This document shows positions 62,869 through 64,000 of a stretch of 64,000 nucleotides of DNA, piece by piece. This stretch comes from Thermoanaerobaculia bacterium (GTDB lineage Bacteria > Acidobacteriota > Thermoanaerobaculia > Multivoradales > Multivoraceae): assembly GCA_963664405.1 (NCBI GenBank), contig OY761158.1, positions 2,528,001 to 2,592,000 of the forward strand. Reading direction: 5' to 3'. Made by a program: the position numbers and the translations under genes. Each line of letters begins with the position of its first letter. The first letter of the stretch is position 1. Under the pieces are notes generated by a model. The model saw only the letters and a list, made by a program, of their open reading frames with translations. It was not told where the DNA came from and did not search any database.

Positions 62869-63981
62869 ATGCTGCTGCCAGAAGACATTCCTACCCTACT
62901 CCGACCGACCGCAGCCGCCGCCTTGGTGTGGCTCAATCGCGAGCGCGGCACGAATTACGCGCTCACCGGGCTTGCGAACGTCGAGATGGCAGAGGTCGAC
63001 ACACTGCCGGCTGAGCCCTTTGAGCTCGGTCTGGTGCTCTGCGACGGCGACATCTGTGCGCGAGAGCAAGTTCGCGTGCGATCCGCAGGCGATGCCCACG
63101 AGTTCAGTTTCGTTGAAGCGCCGCCCGCGGACATCCCACCTCTGCTCGACCCACCGGCAGGCGTGCGAAGCCGATGGCTGGATCAGCAACTGGAGAAATT
63201 CGACTTCATTCTGCTGCTCTTCTATCGCGGGCGCTGGTGACCGCCCTGCCGCTTCGAGTTACGAAGCTACAAGAAGAGCGGCGTCCTGGACGCGATCCGC
63301 GAAGCCGGCGGGGAAGTGTTCGGGATTACCAGTGAGCCCCAGAGCCTCGCCACCGAGGCGGAGGAAGACTGGGAGATGGGGTTCCCGGTGATCGGCGATC
63401 CTCATCACGAGATTCGTGAGGTCTGCCAAGCGCGTGGCTGGTTGGACGTTTTCTTCAACGAGGATTGCGGCCACCTCGGCAGGCGTCCATGGGCAAGCCA
63501 TCCCAAGGGCTACTACCAACCCGCCGTGCTCGCGGTCACCCAAGAAGGGCGTGTGCTCTATCGGTGGCGGTGCGTGCCCAAGTACACCAATATAAGCGGC
63601 GCGGGCGCGCGGCCGGAAGCGGTCTATACCTGGAACAAAATGCAGGACACGATGCAGGACAGCACCGATGCAGAGCCGGATCGCGATCCCACACTCGGCG
63701 CAGAAGACCTCTCCTGGTTCCGCTTTCTGCTGATCATGGTGGCGCACGGCTGGTTCTTGCGTCCCAAGGCGTTTCCCCTGGCGCGCCCTGACGATCCGCG
63801 ACGCGTGAGCCCGCGCTTCATGATGCGCAGGGTCTACGGTTTTCTCGCGGTCTGGGCCGTGGCCCTGGTGTCGCTACCAGCGCAGTGGGTTGCAGGGGCG
63901 GCACTCGTGTGGGTGGCGGTGCTGACGCCGGGAATCATCGCCATACATCGCCAGTTTCAGAACGAGCCGGACGCGTACTAG
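62869..63981 (+). CDS. Putative selenoprotein, paralog of 15868..17039 (W-U-P-P-C redoxin with membrane tail); UGA at 63238-63240
   Basis: LFYRGRW-TGA-PPCRFELRSY is in frame with ORF 63316..63981; LVLCDGDIC in the N-domain. Confidence 0.88.
63251..63267 (+). promoter_or_regulatory. Putative bacterial SECIS hairpin
   Basis: GCTTCG-AGTTA-CGAAGC, 10 nt after the UGA; stem identical to the paralog. Confidence 0.72.
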
Positions 63982-64000
63982 ACCAGCGTTTCCGAAGTTC
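63978..64000 (+). mobile_element. MITE-like element, copy 4 (cut by window end)
   Basis: CTAGACCAGCGTTTCCGAAGTTC; contains the TAG stop of the upstream gene. Confidence 0.8.

Noticed and set aside
16251-63240. UGA as Trp/Gly (genetic code 4 or 25)
   Set aside because: TGA terminates many ordinary genes here, TGG is used for Trp, and internal TGAs appear only in CxxC-spaced motifs.

Overview
GC-rich bacterial accessory region. The recurrent 'LCLNxxRFxVEVxW...KVLxGCxxNxxFWVF' C-terminal domain, three DUF3604 paralogs and many sulfatases suggest an Acidobacteriota/Thermoanaerobaculia-like organism (inference). It encodes catabolic enzymes (sulfatases, TauD, enolase-superfamily enzyme, PQQ and molybdopterin dehydrogenases, sugar ABC transporter with GH172 and GH32), five type II toxin-antitoxin modules, an IS1380 and an IS6 element, and four copies of a ~166-bp CTAG-bounded MITE. 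The main signal missed by the ORF track is five genes split by in-frame UGA codons at redox-cysteine positions, each followed by a bacterial SECIS-like hairpin: three UxxC redoxins, one CxxU AhpD-like protein, and an exported beta-barrel-like protein with a double-UGA U-S-G-U motif. The barrel-like gene heads a tightly overlapped operon with a YHS/TRASH-TlpA thioredoxin and a DUF3604 protein, and is the best candidate for an undescribed system. Several single-base frameshifts in G/C runs may be assembly errors. No sel machinery, tRNA, rRNA or CRISPR array was recognised.
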